Shown here: positions 24,825 to 39,450 of the stretch, piece after piece | How positions within the stretch are numbered: position 1 is the stretch's first letter | How the letters are laid out: each line of letters opens with the position of its first letter | Source of the DNA: Lophium mytilinum | Lineage: Eukaryota | DNA length: 64,000 nt | NCBI GenBank assembly: GCA_010093605.1 | Contig: MU004188.1 | Coordinates: 189,673-253,672 of the forward strand | Reading direction: 5' to 3' | Made by a program: the position numbers and the translations under genes | Notes under the pieces: generated by a model | Databases searched by the model: none | Told to the model about the DNA's origin: nothing | The model's input: the letters and a program-made list of their open reading frames with translations, nothing else

Positions 24825-24910
24825 TAGGCCCGATTCCGGAACAGGTTGTAGAAACGGACCATCAAGTGCCTGTCAGAGATGGAAGTAAGTTCGCGGAGAG
24901 GGTTTATGAC
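24825..24910 (+). pseudogene. Short relic of an alpha/beta-hydrolase (HSL-type esterase) N-terminal segment
   Basis: GPIPEQVVETDHQVPVRDGSKFAERVY resembles the common esterase motif x-I-P-x-R-D-G-x2-I-x2-R-x-Y, but no HGG or GxSxG motif follows. Confidence 0.4.
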
Positions 24911-26302
24911 TGGCTTAGTACGCCGTTCTATGGTCCCAATTGGCAGGGCCCAGGATTACTTAGTAAGAGAATGAATGAAGTCCCATGCAGAACGATACCA
25001 AAATAACATCTTAAGTACTGTCAACCGCAACATCAGCTAAAATATGAGCGTTTTGATTGATGACCTGTAGCGGAGTTTGGAGAAAAGCTAGTCGACGTTC
25101 GGCACTTTACGGGTTGCGGTGTGGGCACCAAATCAGCCGCTTTTTGTCTTGCGGAGAGGCAATCCTGGAGGTGCGTCGAAACCTCAAAAAGTCAGATATT
25201 TCATGACAGGGGCACGGCCCGCAGCCGATCCGTAAAGTAAGCTTCCCCGCTAGTGCATTTTTGTGCATAGAACTAGTACGAACTAGTGGCGGCCCAAAAC
25301 ACCAAAAACCAACGGCATCACCAAACCTCCCATCATCACAGCATTCTGCGCACCCAAAACTCAGCGGAGAAGATAGATCTGAACGTGCGCCCGTTTCCAC
25401 CGACTCTACGAAACGAACATCGTTCCGCTGCTGTTCTATTTGACTTGCCGGGCAACCAGCTCTGCCGGCATTGGGCCCTGCTTGGCAAGCTTTGGCTTCA
25501 TGTAGGTACCACTTCATCTCCTTGGTGATGATCAAGCGTCAGGAAAGCATGACTGCCACCCCATCACTGCACCGAACCGCAATGCTAGTTCGAGCGTCGC
25601 CAGGTTCCCCGCTGGTACTTTTTCCATCTTTTTTCCATGTCCTGGTATATCTTCCCGCATCGTCCCACAGTCCTGGTTCCATCATGTACCAGCTGCCTCG
25701 GCATCTCTTTGCTCATTTACGCTCGATCCGCCACCCGGAACACTCTAGACCGTACGTGCAGCTAATTGGCGTCCCTAGGTCAACCAGACAAGCCAGTCGC
25801 GATGCCTGCTTCCCCAGAACCGGATTGCATCATCAGCTCCTGCATCGCCCACCCTGCTAGAATTGGGATGCATGCATGGAGCTTCAACCAGGTTATTTAG
25901 ACTTTGCGGGGTGTGCAAAGACCGGCGCCTTTTAAACTGGAATATTGGCTTAGTCTGCCGCCCTAGAAGAGATAGCTGCGCTGTGGGGTGGCGGGATCGA
26001 GCATTGTATTATTCACAGGTACGGGCCTTCGACCCATCATGATCATGCGCCACGGTATAGTAGAAAATGCTAAGCTAGTGAGAGGCCTTCGAGCGCCATT
26101 AACTAGTCTCCCCTTTCGTTAGACAACTTGTTAGGCTTGGTGGTGTGAGTGTGAGCTTCAGTCCCTGCACATGAGATCCAAAGCAATTAACTGGGAGTGA
26201 GAGAATTCCTGTGTCTTGATGCCCAGTTCTCTTTATAAGAAATGCGGCATGTCCTTCGTCCTCAGTTAGCACTTCATTATTATTTCTTCCTCACTACCAA
26301 TA

Positions 26303-28112
<1,810 letters not shown>

Positions 28113-28882
28113 TAGGGGCGCGCCTACCTCCGCTTTACTGAGCTGAAAAAGTGAGTTTGGGGTCTGTCGTTGAGTCACCGTGACTTCGACACGGGGCCGA
28201 AATTGAATGGGAATTGAAACGATATCCTCATCGAAAGCTGGTTCTGAGACAACGCCCATATTTTAAAACACTGGCACATCAATTTGAAAAGCAATGCTCT
28301 CGCGTTGTGACACGACTTCAGGAGACGAAGCTATATCGAAGATGATATCATGCAGTGAATATCTGTTGTTCTTTTGGCCACGTGTTCGTGAAAAGGAGGT
28401 CATAAATCATTCGCTGAAACAGCTATCCAATTACATCCGCCAAACCACAAGACCATACACGCCGTTCGCTGCACGCAGATTCCAAGCGACAGATCCCTCT
28501 AACCTCATCCCTTAGGTGATCTACGCTATACTACCTCGCTGCACGATGGGCTAGGTTGCTAGTTCGCAGCTTGGCGAGCCCCTGGAAGACTTCCTTTTCC
28601 GCCCACGATCGCAAAGGCCACCGCAGACGTCGGTGTAACGGGTCTTGCTGACGCTCTTGTGGGCAATGTTACCTACAATTACTTCGTTGTTCGAGAACAG
28701 CATTTTTACTATGCTAAATTACTCAGTGCTGTCCCTGCCACTGCATGCTACCTGGAAACATACCCTTTCCTTTCTTTTTCCTTCCCCTCCGTCACCACCC
28801 CCTCAACCCGCGGCTTGCAATCTTCAGACACGGAACAGGCATCGATCGTCTAAGTCAGCAGTACCCCAAACCAAGCACCAAG

Positions 28883-29137
28883 ATGTGCTTTCACACCACC
28901 GAAACATGTACCGAATGCAAAAGCTGCTACATACACCCGTGCCGCAGCCCATGCCATCTGTACCTATCCACCCACCCCGAGTATCATATCGACGATAATA
29001 TCCCTCCTTCAGCTCCTCCGTGCTCATTCTCCGACGTGATTAACCACGACTCCAGATGCCGGGAATGTCGAGAGTCTTTAGGAGCTAGAGGAAGCCGACG
29101 GGTCCCATGGGCGGAGGACACTAACGGGGGACGATGA
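28883..29137 (+). CDS. Small Cys-rich family member D (84 aa)
   Basis: MCFHTTETCTECKSCYIHPCRSPCHLYLSTHPEYHIDDNIPPSAPPCSFSDVINHDSRCRECRES...; ATG in AAGATG context. Confidence 0.82.
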   Translation: MCFHTTETCTECKSCYIHPCRSPCHLYLSTHPEYHIDDNIPPSAPPCSFSDVINHDSRCRECRESLGARGSRRVPWAEDTNGGR

Positions 29138-29415
29138 GTTCTCCGGAATAGCGGACCACGATGAAGTGAGCGTCACACGGCCAGAGCACCGAGAACAACA
29201 CGATCCTGGCACGTAGAAAATCACTGCTCAAAGCTGGTCAATCCATGCTGCGTTTACAAAGCAGTTTCCCGTTTCACTAAAGCGCCACCTCACTTGCAAT
29301 CACTCATTGTGCACACGCTCCTCATATAAAACCCTCTTTCCTTTCGATATTTTACTCTCCATCCTCCACTTTCACCAAGAGCTAACCTAGACACCCCGAG
29401 CTATCGATCACCAGA

Positions 29416-29649
29416 ATGTGCACCGAGACCAACACGACCTGCAAGCAGTGCGGTATCATTACCGCTTTACGCTACCCTTGCGGCGACTTTCTGAGAATCT
29501 ATCCCGAGTTCTGCACCCGCCCACTCTTCACTAATCCGATTCCCGCCACAGCGCCGCTGTGTGAGCGGCCGGGGTATGCTCATTCGTTCCAGCGGACTTG
29601 CAGGGAGTGTCGCGGGGCAATGACAGCTCCGAGGGCGCGTCTTGGATAG
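29416..29649 (+). CDS. Small Cys-rich family member E (77 aa)
   Basis: MCTETNTTCKQCGIITALRYPCGDFLRIYPEF...IPATAPLCERPGYAHSFQRTCRECRG; TATAAAA at 29325-29331 followed by a CT-rich leader. Confidence 0.85.
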   Translation: MCTETNTTCKQCGIITALRYPCGDFLRIYPEFCTRPLFTNPIPATAPLCERPGYAHSFQRTCRECRGAMTAPRARLG

Positions 29650-30324
29650 GAAGGGGCGTGATGCGAGCTAGAAGAAGCGGGATTGCGGAGTTGGGAATGG
29701 AAAAGATTGGGTTTGAAGAAGGGATGGGTCAAGAGAATGGAATTAATGAGATTACATGACCTACGACAAGGGACTGCGATATGATATGATATGAATGGTG
29801 ATAATGATGTATTTGTGTACCAACCTCGTCCTTCTATCGACACGCTTTCAGTGGGCCGGGGACACATCAATCAACTTAGGGGAACGTTGGTCTGCGTAAG
29901 GCTGGTAGTTTGAGATACGACGAAGAGAAAGTGGCGAGATTTAGGTACAAAGCCTTCGTTAGGACCAGGGAGATTTAGAGTGGCATACTTCACACATCAG
30001 GATTGACCCGCAGAGCCGTGAAGGTTAATATTGTGACGTTAGTAGGAGGATCATGTCCGGCCATGTCACTCGAATTCACCTTTCAAGTAGGTTGTTCGAA
30101 TCCAAGTCATGAATCCAAGCCACCAGCACGTTGGCAGCCACATCACTTACCATGCACCAGACTCCTAGAACCTCGACTATAAGTCACCTTCCCCTTACGC
30201 ACTCCTCTTCCTGTACCAACCCCAAACCTGCAGCTCTAGAAAGCCAAACTCGATCACAACTACATATCCAAAACCAGAAAGATACACCACCTAAACCCAT
30301 CGAAACCCATCAAAATCCATAAAA

Positions 30325-30735
30325 ATGTGCAGATTCTCCACCAGCACCTGCCCTACTTGCGGATCGTCTAAGGACTGGAGATCGGCCTGCTACTGGATGG
30401 GTGAGATGTACCCCCCGAAAACTGCTCTTGATTTGCTGAACATCCCCACCGACGCACCTCCGTGTCCGGTCGGGATCCATGAGCATAGTGACTATTCGAT
30501 GATATGTGGACAATGTCGCTTCAATAGTCGCATGCAGAATTACGAAGCAGGGATGGGGCGAGGCGGAGGTAGAGGCGGAGGTGGAAGTCGAGGCGGAGAC
30601 CGAGGTGAAGACAACGGCGGCAATGGAGGAGGACAAAGCTTCGGGGGTGGGCGAGGCCCTGGAGGAGGGCGTGGATATGGAGGAGGACAGAACAATAGCA
30701 GGGCTTCTCAATCCCAAAATTATCTGGATTGGTAA
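30325..30735 (+). CDS. Small Cys-rich family member F with Gly/RGG-rich tail (136 aa)
   Basis: MCRFSTSTCPTCGSSKDWRSACYWMGEMYP...IPTDAPPCPVGIHEHSDYSMICGQC then GRGGGRGGGGSRGGDRG...GGGRGYGGG; TATAAG at 30178-30183. Confidence 0.85.
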   Translation: MCRFSTSTCPTCGSSKDWRSACYWMGEMYPPKTALDLLNIPTDAPPCPVGIHEHSDYSMICGQCRFNSRMQNYEAGMGRGGGRGGGGSRGGDRGEDNGGNGGGQSFGGGRGPGGGRGYGGGQNNSRASQSQNYLDW

Positions 30736-31038
30736 TAGCGAGCGAGCGAGCGAGAGACAGAGAATAGGTAGGAATAGCTAGTATGAGAGATACTTGACTT
30801 ACAAAAGATAGCCGGTCTGACTGTGAGCAATGGTGATACTGTGATAATTCTCTTGCGAAGCTACCCTTCGCCCTATTACGCTACTCAGGTGCACAAGTTG
30901 CCCTTCCGCTACATCGCTCAAAGCTGCCTCCGCCAGTGCCTTGAGTAGATATAAGATAAGGCTTTCCTTACGTTTGCTCCTCCTTTAGCAAACTTTCAGA
31001 TCTAATATTAGCACTCAATATTACTTATTCTCAGCAAG

Positions 31039-31267
31039 ATATGCAATATCATGACCCACCTCTGCCATATTCAAGTACTGCACCACCTGCCCATTATTTA
31101 GGCAGCACTATGACCAAACGCCGCCGTTCTCCATCCCTAGGGTATACTTGACCCTCGACGCGCTTCGACGCCGGGAGGAAAAGCGGGAGGCGGAGGGAGA
31201 GGGGGGAGCGGCATATGGGGAGCTGGCGGGGACTGTTCGATTGAATTGGAGATTGCAACATACTTGA
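31039..31267 (+). pseudogene. Decayed Cys-rich family member G
   Basis: ATA-TGC start gives I-C-NIMTHL-C (the MC-x6-C spacing). After a frameshift it reads TTCPLFRQHY (C-x2-F) and YLTLDALRR, aligning with LPPxAPPC. GATATAAG lies upstream at 30948. Same strand and spacing as its neighbours. Confidence 0.55.
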
Positions 31268-31556
31268 GGCAAGATAATGACAATATGAATAGCGTAGAAT
31301 AGTACGTACGGGGCCTGAAGTCCAGAATCAGCGACTGAAATCAAGAAACTGAGCACTCCGAGGTGTGAGTACCAACAACGAATGTCCGTTCACCTTCCTT
31401 CCGGGTAGTAGCTGGCATATCGCCAGATCACCCGACGTTGGCGTGTACCACACCTCTCCCAGATAAATTGCCTCTTCTTCTTGCTTCTCCTGCTTCCTTA
31501 CCTAATCCTAAAACTCACTTCAAATCCAAATATATAATAACCTTGCCATAGCCGAT

Positions 31557-31859
31557 ATGTGTTTCCAAAGCACCCTAACCTGCCGAAACTGCGGTAGTGT
31601 CCGAACCACGCGCATCGCATGCGACCTTTTCAAGCTGAGCCAACCTTGGTTCCTCCCCTCTTCTACTGAGGGCGGGGAGTTATTCTCGGTGCGTTTACCT
31701 CCTGAAGCGCCCCCGTGTTCTTACACGGAAAACGAGGATTTAAGAAGATGGAGCTGTGAAGAGTGCCGAGACGGTGGGGTGCGTGCAGGCCAGGCGCTGC
31801 GGCCGATCTGGAACATCAGTAGGGGCGTAAGAGAGTGGTGGAAGAGGGAATGGAGGTGA
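31557..31859 (+). CDS. Small Cys-rich family member H (100 aa)
   Basis: MCFQSTLTCRNCGSVRTTRIACDLFKLSQPWF...LPPEAPPCSYTENEDLRRWSCEECRDG. Confidence 0.85.
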   Translation: MCFQSTLTCRNCGSVRTTRIACDLFKLSQPWFLPSSTEGGELFSVRLPPEAPPCSYTENEDLRRWSCEECRDGGVRAGQALRPIWNISRGVREWWKREWR

Positions 31860-32114
31860 AAAGTTAGAAGGATGGAGCGAAGGAAATGAATGGGCGGTGT
31901 TAATAGCATGATTAGCGGAGGGAGATCCATGTATATCCGCTTCTTGAAGGTTGTCGAAGTTTTCCAAACGTCTAAAAGCGGTTTTTGGTGTCATAGCTAC
32001 TCATACTGTTAACTTGCTAGGCTGTTCTCGACGGTGGCGTTCGGGATCCCGTTGAAAAGGAAAGATTGTTAATGAGTAGAGCCGCTTCTATCACACCTCG
32101 AGCTGGGCCAATGT

Positions 32115-33219
32115 CTAGTAAGTGGAAGGGAACACACCCAGCCTACCGCCATCCGTCACTTGCACCGTGCCATTGATGTATGCACCCCCTTTACCAACTA
32201 AGAAGAGTATCAAGCCCGCTAAGTCCGTCTCGCTGCCCATCCTTCCGGCGGGAAGCTCACTGGGAGGAAACGCTGTCGCCATCTTCGTCGTCATGTCACT
32301 AGGGTACGCTGCGATCGGCCACTCTATCAGCATCCACTCTCACGAGACAACATGATACGAAATCACTCACGCCCTGGTGCAACAACATTGCTCCTAATGC
32401 CCCACTCTGCGAACATCGTAGCCATCATCTTGCCCAGATGCGCGGCCGCCGCCTTGCTCGCATTGTAGGCCAGTCCGGCCGTGGCCTTCCTCATGAAACT
32501 GCCCACGCTCGCGATCGTGATAATGTGCGCCAGTCTCTGATCATCTCCATCCACCTTAGCCTGGGGATCCTCCTCCTTCTTTGAAAGCGTCTGAGTCCTC
32601 GCGCGAGTGAGCTTCCCTGTTTCCCATCCCCGGCGTCGGTTGGCGGCCTCGAGGAGCGGTAGGAAGGCCGCCGACACCCCAATCACAGACGACGTGTTTG
32701 TCGCCATCGTGGTCTCCCACAGGTCCCAGTCTCGCAGCATGACATCTCGCAAGCCCTCAATACTGTCTTGCTCGTAGAAGTCTAAGTGCTTAGGACCAAT
32801 CATGCCGGCGCTGTTGACTAGCACATCGACATATCCATCAGTCGACTCTACCTGCGCCACTGCGGCCTTGATGGAACCCGGAGATGTGATATCACACGGG
32901 ACGGGCACAATCGTAGCGACGTCATCGGAAGTAGCTCGAGGCGCGGCCGGGGAGCTTGTGAGCGTTTTCACAGCCTCGTCCAGGACTTCGCGACGGCGAC
33001 CGAGGAGGTATATGCGTTTTGCGCCATTCTGGTGAAGGGCGGCTGCGATTGCGAGGCCAATTCCTGGTTGTGAGGTTAGAATTGATGTGTACGAGAGTGG
33101 GGTGGTGGGGCAGCTGTGAAGATGAGAGAATACGAACCACTACCGCCGCCTGTAATTACCACGACAAGTCTTTCGGCGGAGAAAAGGTTGGAAGGGTTAA
33201 CTGGTTTGTGGAAATCCAT
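32115..33219 (-). CDS. Short-chain dehydrogenase/reductase
   Basis: VVVITGGGS|GIGLAIA, VDVLVNSAG, IASVGS, AYNASKAA, GIRSNVVAPG, YINGTVQVTDGG; 2 introns. Confidence 0.92.
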
Positions 33220-33874
33220 GGTGTTGATGTTTGATGTTCGTGGTGCTATAACAGGAGAAGTGAGCTTCAGGTACCAATTACTTGTTTAGGGCATTGGAGA
33301 GACGGAGAACGCTTAGCAAGCACAAAGTTTTCCACAAACCTTTAATTCTATCGTAATGCTAGTTGAGGTGGCTTGGTGAGCTTGGATTATGTTGAAAGTG
33401 ACCGATGCACGTTCCTTACAGGTCTCTCATATGGGTCTACGCTCTAAGAATACGTAGTGGTGGACGTGTGGAGACACTTAGGGAGTCTCCACATAATTAT
33501 CGGTGTCGTCAGACTAAGCTTCGATTGCTGTCTAGTGCTTCATAAATGTGAATGTAAGTGCAGACTTAGATTGATTCGAGAATAATGACAAAACCACATG
33601 AGTTTATGCTTTGACTCTGTCCTTTTCGATTCCCTATGTTTATCGTCCCTAGACACAGCTAGGAATTGGTATTATTTCCTTTGGAAGTCATCTTGCTATA
33701 ACTTATAATGCAGTAGTAAAAGGAAACACCCTAAGCATCAGACCGCTGATCCCGGCCTTAGCCATATCCCAATAGTACAGCCAGGCTTGATGCCTTTTCT
33801 ATGCTTGCTTCCGATAGCCCATACGCCTTTTCGACTGAGCACGCCCATAGCTAGTGTTTTACCCATAATTATTA

Positions 33875-35280
33875 TCACAGAGCCCCCTCCTGAGCCGTTT
33901 CCGGAACCCTCTCCTGGGCAACAGTCGTGTCTTCATGCTCATGCCACTCAGGGCCGTTGGGAGCATACGCATTTGTAGGCTCCGGCTTCACCTCGCCGCC
34001 TTCTTTCTGCTTCCGTAGAAGTGACTCTTCTCGCCACCACGGCGTCTTGCCCTCGTATTCAAGAAGGGAGCTCGGGTCAACGTCTTCCATTATCATCTTC
34101 TTGACCCTGTCTTGGTCTTCTGCTTCAACATCTGTCCCCTTGTGAAGACCACGCGCAAGCTCGGCTTCCATTAAGTTCTCGAGGAGAAGCTCTTTTGCAA
34201 CCCATTCATCCTTACGCTTCTTTTCCAAGATTTCAGCCTCAGCCTTCAGCTCTTCGGCTTCCTGTTGTGCCCAGAACAGCTGTCGTCGAAGTAGGCGAAA
34301 GAGCTCTGGCGCAGGGAGAGCAAGCTCAGAAGGTGTGAATTGAATGTCGGGTGGAAAGTTCACCAAGGGTGGTCCGTTTGGTGACGCAGGATCATTCGTG
34401 TATATGATGTTGTTGTGCACATACTCGTATTCGGGATTCGTCGCGCCGGATGCGCTAGGAGGCGGGTGAGATGATGGCGACGCTGGAGTTGGTGTAGATG
34501 ATTTTTCGGGGCCGTTGCTCATGCCCTTGTTGAAGACAAGCTTGAGGCGCTGGAAGCGGTTTGAGGGGTTCGACGAGTGGTGCTTCGGAACAGGGTCGGA
34601 AGGTCGCAGCGCTTCGGTCTCGTGAACAGTGCGCATATGCTTCGCAAGAGCGTCAGAGCGAGTGAACGATCGGTCGCATTCTGTGTACTGATTAGTGACG
34701 TTCCTCAAGTGTCAACCGCGCCCATCCAAGTGCCAAGGTAGCGGACTGATTGATGTGCGATCTACTCACCAGGTAAAGTGCAGTAGAATGGCTTCTCCCG
34801 CGTGTGGCTCCTCATGTGCGCTCTTAGCGCATACCCGCTGGCGTGCGGAATCCCCTTCCTATTGCAGTCGGACCATTCGCAGGCGTACTTCTTCTGTCGC
34901 ACGCCAATATGGTCCTCGTGAAGATGATCAACCAGCCTGTCCATGTTCCCTAAGTCTCCTGCTTCACAGCCCTCCCACTTGCAGTAAGTGATTTGCTCCT
35001 GGCCGTAGTCATCCTCGCCGATCATATGGCTTGGGTGGGTTGGCGACGCTGGCACGCTCCCGTCGGTGTCTTCTGAAAGGTCGGCATCGTCGTAGCCCGG
35101 ATGGTGCGCAGCTGGGGGGTCTGAGGTTGCGCGTCTAGCATCGCCGGTCACTCGCTGTCGCTTTTTCGGGGGTCCGCTGCGGTCGTGGTCGTGGGAATCG
35201 AAACTCAGTCGCCGGCCCTTGACGTCTTCAGGGAAATCGTCAGACGCGTAGTCTGATAGAACTGATCCGGGCGACTCCAT
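33875..35280 (-). CDS. IEC1: C2H2 zinc-finger protein, INO80 subunit Iec1-like
   Basis: CKWEGC...HLHEDHIG, KYACEWSDC...SGYALRAHMRSHTREKPFYCTLP|ECDRSFTRSDALAKHMRTVHE, plus C-terminal LLRRQLFWA...W..KELLLEN. Confidence 0.8.
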
Positions 35281-35685
35281 TGCGAGCTGGTGAGAGTGGC
35301 AGAGAGATGTGAGGAGAGCAAGGATCGGGATAGACGCGATGGCGTTGAGTAGTTCAAAAGGCTTGGCATGCACTCTTAGCGTGCATAATCATTCACAATT
35401 CTGGTGAAGTATGGAATAACACCTGCACCGCCGATGCTGCCAGGCTGTTGACAAGTCATATTGGACAATTGCGAAGACTGAATACTATGATACGCCGAGA
35501 CCGCTTACAAATATAGTATATTTATCTACGGCGCGCAGGTCTACATAAAGTCGGAGTGCCAGCTATTCTACATTGCATAATCCAATCCTTCCTCTCAGCT
35601 TTTCCTTCCACCACGGCGCCTCTTCGACTGTGCTCACGACGAACCCGAACTTCTTCCAACGAAGCTTTAGGAAATCCTCGGCGTA

Positions 35686-36485
35686 TCAAAATCTCTCTGT
35701 TTTCGCCTTTAGCAATTCTCGTCCCTTTTCACGCATTTGCTTATTGTATATTAGCCCTTCCTCTTCCTTTCCCATCGCTATCAATTCAGCAATGTAAGCG
35801 CTGAACTCATCACAGTCGATCACCAAGTCACCAAATAGCATTGACAACAGACTCCGTCCAAACATGCCTGGAGTGATGAATCCTCCAGGCTTGACAACGA
35901 ACGCCTGCCAAGTATCCTTATACTCTTTTGCGAACTCGAGACACACGGTTTCAGTACGGCCCTGGAAACATGTGAGCCCTTTGGAAACAATATGTGAAAG
36001 AGGCAAATTTACTTTCATCTTTCTTGCTCCGTCGAGAAACCAAAGCCATGCGTCCTGATCTTGCACAACAAACTTTCCGCTCAGAAAAACATATCTGAAT
36101 CGAGTCGTGCGTGACTGTGCTTCGCGAGCTTTCAGCATAGCCATCTGGAACTCCAGTGGCCAAACAAAGTTCGGCCCTGACGATGCATCGTTGGTACCCA
36201 TTGCCCTATAGAACCAGTAAGCGCTTCTCGCGTGCCTTTCAGAAGTAGGTCGTAAGCTTACCAGAACATCGCATCGGCATCCTGGATACTCTCCATGATG
36301 TCTTGGCTCCAGTTGCTGAAGTCCTTCACGATCACATTCTTGAACTTGTAATTGTTGGGAAGCGGCTCGCTGGGTATGTCTCGTCGAGATAGCGCTACGA
36401 CTGAGGTAATACCTGGGTGCTGGAGAAATTGCGCGAGAGCCTCGCGCCCAATCTTGCCTGTGGCGCCGGTGATGAGGACCTTCAT
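35686..36485 (-). CDS. NAD(P)-binding Rossmann protein (atypical SDR/epimerase-like)
   Basis: MKVLITGATGKIG, VVALSRR, DADAMFW|AMGT, FRYVFLSG; 2 introns. Confidence 0.85.
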
Positions 36486-37374
36486 GGTGGGAAGATATGA
36501 GTTTCTCTGAGAATATGGAGGTCTAGTAGTGTGTGTCCAATGGTGCCTGATATAGTTGATTGCCCTTCTCCTCTTGTTCCGAACTATTCGTCCGGTAACA
36601 CCAATTAAACCTGTCTATCGAACGAAGAAGTGTCCGCGCCGGGGTTCTTCAGTCTCCGTGTGGAATACTCTACAAGTGGTGTGTAGCTAATGATTGCTTG
36701 ATATAACCAGGAGTGCTGTTCTTTTGGGTCGAACTGTTCGATTGGCGATAATAGCAATTGTCATACGCGGACTATTGAAGAGATCTAAAAGCATTCGTCC
36801 ACCGAGGGCGCAACTATAGTGGCACGTGATTGCTCCAATCGGAATTGTACGACGATAAGCACGGAAGAACCATAACGCCGATAAGCGGCTTGGCGGTCAG
36901 CTCAAACATTGCAGCTGCTGCAGAGACTGTCCTCCAACACAGTTCACACTTTCCTCATATTACTAGAGGCCTCCTAGCACACCATGGAATTCCGGTGAGC
37001 GACAGCTTTGGTACGCCTGATAGCTATCCAGGCTACTCAATGGTATTAGACTGCTGCGCGAAAACGTGTGGGCCATGCCTGCTTCATTCCTACATCCAAA
37101 TTCTCCACGCAGACACCCACCACCACTACAACTAACCCCACATATGGTAAGCTACGCAATCACTCCTTATTCACTCTATTGTGATGAACAAAATAGAGTT
37201 CTGCAATGCCAACGGTTTTGCTTTTGCGAAGCCGAATGCGGATAGACCTAAAACTACACTTGATCTGATATTTCCACACCCTCCACAGCTTATCTCACGT
37301 ACCATACAATTTAAGAAGCTAACTCGATCGCTTTCAGTAGTACCTGCTCACCCAAAGTGAAAACCTCCCCCCTC

Positions 37375-38505
37375 CTACATATCAAGATGGGCGGTGCCTG
37401 CGTCTGGGTACCGGCCACCCTTCACCGCAACCTTCTTAAGGACATCATCAATAGCAGCCACATCCTCCTTGCTCAAGGAGATAGGGTTCATGTTCTCGTT
37501 GATGCGCTCCTCAGTAGTAGCTCCGGGAATAGGAATGATAACGGGATAGCCATCTTGTCCGCTCTTCGCCAGAATCCAAGAAATTGCAATTTGAGCCGGC
37601 GTGACGCTTTTCTGCTTCGCAATACTCTCTACCTCCCTGACCAACTTCAGGTTCTCATCGAAGACATCAGGCTGGAATCTCGGGAAATGTCTAAGCATCG
37701 AGTCCGCGGGAAGATCGTCAAAGGACTTGATCTGCCCCGTCTAAAGACACTGTTAGCGACCTCCTCTCCTAGATAATATAGAATAGTAGAAGACCATACC
37801 AAAAAACCTCTCCCAAGTGGCGAATACGCGATAACCGGGATATCATTCTCCTTACACGCCTCCGCCACCCCATTCTCCAACAACTCCGTCGACCACAGCG
37901 AAAACTCCACCTCCACCGCCGCAATCCTCTGCACCTTCGCCGCCCTCCTTATCGTCGCTGCGCTAACCTCCGTCAAGCTAATCCCCCCCAGCTTGCCCGC
38001 CTTCACATACTCCCCAATCGTCGCCACCACCTCCTCAACATCCGTCTTCCCGTCCAACCGCGCGCACTCAAACAGATCCAGCGTCTTTTTCCCGTCCAAC
38101 CACCGCAAACACTCGTCGATGCTGCGCTTCACGTTCCCCGCGCTGCTGTCCGGCGCCATCTGCCCCGGGATCAAGCCGCCCTTGATCGACAGCACCACCT
38201 GTTTTGCGTCGGCGGGGTACTCCGTGAAATATTCGTTGAGCAGCTGGAGGGAGTTCCGTTCTGGGGAGCCGTAGATCTCGCCGCCGTTCCAGAAGTTCGC
38301 GCCGTGCGCGAGGGCGGCGCGCATGGCTTTGAAGGACTGGGCTTGCGAGGGTGGGCTGGCGCGCCATGTGAGACCTGTGGTGGTGTAGTTAGAATACAGT
38401 ACATTTTTGACCTGTTCACTAAGAATGTTGCCGGTGCGATGTCTTACCCATGAGCCCGTAGCCCACCTGGCCTACTTCCTTGCCGACGAGCTGGGTTGTC
38501 TTCAT
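37375..38505 (-). CDS. Aldo-keto reductase, pyridoxal reductase-like
   Basis: GYGLM|GLTWR, ANFWNGGEIYG, VLSIKGG, LDLFECARLD, AVEVEFSLWS, AYSPLGRGFL, IPIPGATTEERINEN. Confidence 0.92.
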
Positions 38506-38906
38506 CTTGGTTGTGGTGTTGTGAGATAAATGCTGATATGGAGAAAAATTGGTATGGAAGAAGCTCCGGTCGAGATTAGTAGAGCTTGTGTGGGTTTCTT
38601 GCTAGTTGAATGCGTTACTGAAGTGGGGGCAGAAGATGTATTTATATGTTTTAGTTCAGCTCGATGTGCGAAGCGTTATGTCGTCACCCCCACCTCGCCG
38701 TCTCGAGTGTATTCTCCAGCTAAACACCGCCTATCTCCAGACCGTCGGCCTGACTGCCTGCCGCTGAAATATCATCACGCCGGCACTTGGTCGGCCTTGA
38801 TTGGGCGGATGTATCACGAAGGATGCGAAATAGACATTTAGATCCCCAGACTAGGTGTGTAGAGAATCTTAGGTTGGGAGCGGCGAGTCGGGAAGACCCC
38901 CTCTTT

Positions 38907-39149
38907 ATGCAGGTACAGGGCATACGGAGTTGAAGAGGGGTTTCTCGGCCGGGTCGACATTTTACGCGCACAGAAACAACCCGGCTTTAACAGCTAATTT
39001 CGCAGTAGTTGGTAGGAAATGCTCAGAGTAGGACGGCCGGACAGGTTGGTAAGGATGCTCGGGATGCGGGTTGCGCCGCCTTTATTCATGCAGGTACAAG
39101 GGAGTGCGGAGTTGTGGGAAGGTTTCTCGACCGAGGCGAGTTCCTACGC
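38907..39149. repeat. Diverged direct repeat of about 60 bp, copies about 181 bp apart
   Basis: ATGCAGGTACA.GG....CGGAGTTG...GGTTTCTCG.CCG.G....TACGC at 38907-38966 and 39088-39149. Confidence 0.65.
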
Positions 39150-39450
39150 CTACAGCGGCAGTGTTACGAATTGAGGTCATGTGTCGTAACGGCGCATTGC
39201 AGAATCGCTTAGATGATAGTTCTCTCGACCGGGTATGCATTGGACGATGCATACGGGATCATTACAGAGGTTAGCTCGCTGACCGGTATGTATCTACTAC
39301 TGCGGTAATTGAATATTATTGGCTCCTCTATTAGCCTACTACCACAAAGTGGCTTTCTATTTGCATTACATGTGTTGCCTAAGACTGTGTTCCTCGACCT
39401 CTTATGGTGGACACTCTCTCCATTGAAGACGCCCTACATCCAACCTGGGC

